A DNA stretch of 64,000 bases from Candidatus Poriferihabitans sp. Lineage in GTDB: Bacteria; Pseudomonadota; Gammaproteobacteria; Arenicellales; Poriferihabitantaceae. This document shows positions 62,213 to 64,000 of the stretch, in pieces; positions within the stretch are counted from its first letter, which is position 1; every line of letters starts with the position of its first letter. The stretch is taken from positions 1,139,879-1,203,878 of the forward strand of contig OZ244855.1 in assembly GCA_965220975.1 (NCBI GenBank), written 5' to 3'. A program made the position numbers and the translations under genes. The notes below the pieces were generated by a model. The model worked only from the letters and a program-made list of their open reading frames with translations, made no database searches and was not told the origin of the DNA.

Positions 62213-64000
62213 ACGAGAATCCCTCTTTGGATTTGTTGACAGTTAACAATCTGAACGCGGGTTACTCGGGATTTTCTGTACTCAGAGATGTTAATCTGCA
62301 TGTTAGTGAAGGCGAGTGTGTTGGTCTGTTCGGCCATAACGGAATGGGTAAATCAACACTGCTTCGAACCTTGATCGGCCTGATTCGGCCTTTGTCAGGT
62401 TCCATTGAGTTTGATGGCCAAGATATTACTCGCCTCCCTACATGGAAACGGGCAAGGTTGGGGATGGGGTACTTGCCTCAGGGACGCGGTATTTTTCCGG
62501 GCTTGTCTGTTTCCGATAATATCGGGATTGCATACAACCCAGATACTCGGGACAAGGATGAAATGTCTGCTCTAGATGGAGCGGTCGCACGCTTTCCAAC
62601 CCTGGAACCTCTGATCAAGCAAGCAGGCGGCACTCTAAGCGGGGGTGAACAGCAGATACTGGCACTGGCAAGAGCGCTAACCGCTGATCCAGTCATGCTA
62701 CTGCTTGACGAACCAACAGAAGGAATTCAACCATCCATTGTCATGGAAATTGCGATTGAACTCTCTGCGATCGCCAAAAATACTGGGTTGACGATATTGA
62801 TGGTTGAACAGAACATCGATTTCCTGAATGCATTGGCTGATCGCATCTTGCACATTGAAAACGGCATAATTGTCGAGCAGGAACGTCGCCCTGCAGATAG
62901 TTCAGTCAAGCCAAAAACGCAAACTCCAGTATCTGCATCTGATTCTGAACTGGAAAAAACTTTCGAAGGTACCAATGAACAAATTTTGGAGAAAAATATG
63001 GGAGTATCGAGACCAACAATAGAGCAAATGCAACAGGTATCGTCGGACCTTCATTTCCAAATGGACAAAAATGCCCTGACTGAATACCTAGATCTGGCTC
63101 AGTCAACGATTGATGCTTATGACATTATCGATGCAATGCCTGATGAATTACCGGAGGTAAAATACCCGAGAACCAGTGGTTACATACCAGCAGAATCAGA
63201 AAATCCACTGAACGCATGGTATGTGAAATGCGATATTTCGGGCTCGCCAGATGGCCTGCTTAGGGGCAAGCCAGTGGTACTGAAGGATACCATCTGCTTG
63301 TCGGGCGTCAGAATGATGAATGGAGCATCAATCATGGATGGTTATGTACCGGATATTGATGCATCGATCGTTACCCGAATTCTGGATGCTGGCGGTAAGA
63401 TTGCTGGGAAGGCGCGCTGTGAATATCTCTGCCTATCTGGCGGTAGCCATACTAGCACTGGCGGGCCAGTTAAAAACCCCTGGCGAACGTCTCACTCATC
63501 AGGGGGCTCTTCATCAGGCTGTGGTGCTCTGGTCGGATCAGGTGAAGTGCCCATGGCGATTGGCGGTGATCAGGGTGGATCTATCAGGATTCCTTCTTCA
63601 TGGTCGGGATGTTATGGCATGAAGCCTACTCATGGACTAGTGCCCTACACGGGTGTCATGGCCATCGAGAGCACGATTGATCATGTTGGACCCATGACTA
63701 CAACCGTACAAGATAATGCGCTACTTCTGGAAGCCATTGCAGGCTTGGATGAGGGATTGGATCCTCGGCAGTACATCACAAATACCTGTGCGTATGCGAA
63801 AGATATGCTTCAAGGAATCGCCGGGTTGCGAATCGGGGTCGTTAATGAAGGATTCGGGTGGCCAAACAGTGAACTGGATGTTGACGACACTGTCCATTCG
63901 GCAATTGACCTGCTACGCTCTATGGGAGCTACGGTTGAAGAAGTGTCCATACCCCTGCATCGACAGGGAGCCGCAATATGGACTCCCATCGCCCTTGAGG
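62209..64000 (+). CDS. Fusion protein: UrtE/LivF-like ABC ATPase + linker + amidase-signature amidase (runs off the window end)
   Basis: Manual translation shows no stop from ATG 62209 to 64000: GHNGMGKST, YLPQGRGIF, LSGGEQQ, LLDEPTEGIQPS, VEQN; linker RRPADSSVKPKTQTPVSASDSELEKTFEG; then MGVSRPT...ENPLNAWYV...LKDTI...CEYLC...GGSSSG...GGDQGGSIRIP. Confidence 0.93.
   Translation, partial: MNENPSLDLLTVNNLNAGYSGFSVLRDVNLHVSEGECVGLFGHNGMGKSTLLRTLIGLIRPLSGSIEFDGQDITRLPTWKRARLGMGYLPQGRGIFPGLSVSDNIGIAYNPDTRDKDEMSALDGAVARFPTLEPLIKQAGGTLSGGEQQILALARALTADPVMLLLDEPTEGIQPSIVMEIAIELSAIAKNTGLTILMVEQNIDFLNALADRILHIENGIIVEQERRPADSSVKPKTQTPVSASDSELEKTFEGTNEQILEKNMGVSRPTIEQMQQVSSDLHFQMDKNALTEYLDLAQSTIDAYDIIDAMPDELPEVKYPRTSGYIPAESENPLNAWYVKCDISGSPDGLLRGKPVVLKDTICLSGVRMMNGASIMDGYVPDIDASIVTRILDAGGKIAGKARCEYLCLSGGSHTSTGGPVKNPWRTSHSSGGSSSGCGALVGSGEVPMAIGGDQGGSIRIPSSWSGCYGMKPTHGLVPYTGVMAIESTIDHVGPMTTTVQDNALLLEAIAGLDEGLDPRQYITNTCAYAKDMLQGIAGLRIGVVNEGFGWPNSELDVDDTVHSAIDLLRSMGATVEEVSIPLHRQGAAIWTPIALE

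Noticed and set aside
1-64000. tRNA, rRNA, CRISPR array, prophage genes, and the many short overlapping ORFs in the track
   Set aside because: No tRNA T-loop/cloverleaf, regularly spaced repeats or phage hallmark motifs were seen by eye. The short ORFs are antisense or out-of-frame shadows of recognised genes. An Infernal/tRNAscan run would be decisive for RNAs.

Overview
Chromosomal segment of a bacterium, most likely a gammaproteobacterium. This is inferred from gene order: mtaD-ubiG-gph, ccmABCDEFGHI, rpsF-rpsR-rplI...dnaB-alr, hfq-hflX, proS, lepA, dapD. The housekeeping blocks are separated by eroded 0.6-2 kb stretches with IS256, IS21 and IS1380 debris, a broken MNT-HepT toxin-antitoxin pair and a broken AAA/PD-(D/E)XK gene. 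Accessory content includes a YhaO/YhaN-like (Mre11/Rad50-type) nuclease-ATPase pair, a DddQ-like cupin plus creatinase-like M24 gene facing metY, and a LysR/acyl-CoA dehydrogenase/TRAP/cupin/CoA-transferase catabolic cluster. The right end (52.6-64 kb) is the most interesting locus. An amide-forming-type FAD amino-acid monooxygenase/oxidase gene diverges from an operon of flotillin, a Urt/AmiC-like ABC importer, and a last ABC ATPase fused in frame to an amidase-signature amidase. That fusion ORF (62209 to >64000) is missing from the supplied ORF track. An intact IS1380 with a 5-bp TSD splits the shared promoter region next to a tandem 20-bp operator-like repeat. A second oddity is a ~1.24 kb inverted-repeat structure (14238-15477): each arm carries an outward-facing sigma70-like promoter and an IS21 remnant sits at the exact centre. 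No tRNA, rRNA or CRISPR array was recognised. All family calls come from motif recognition, not database searches.
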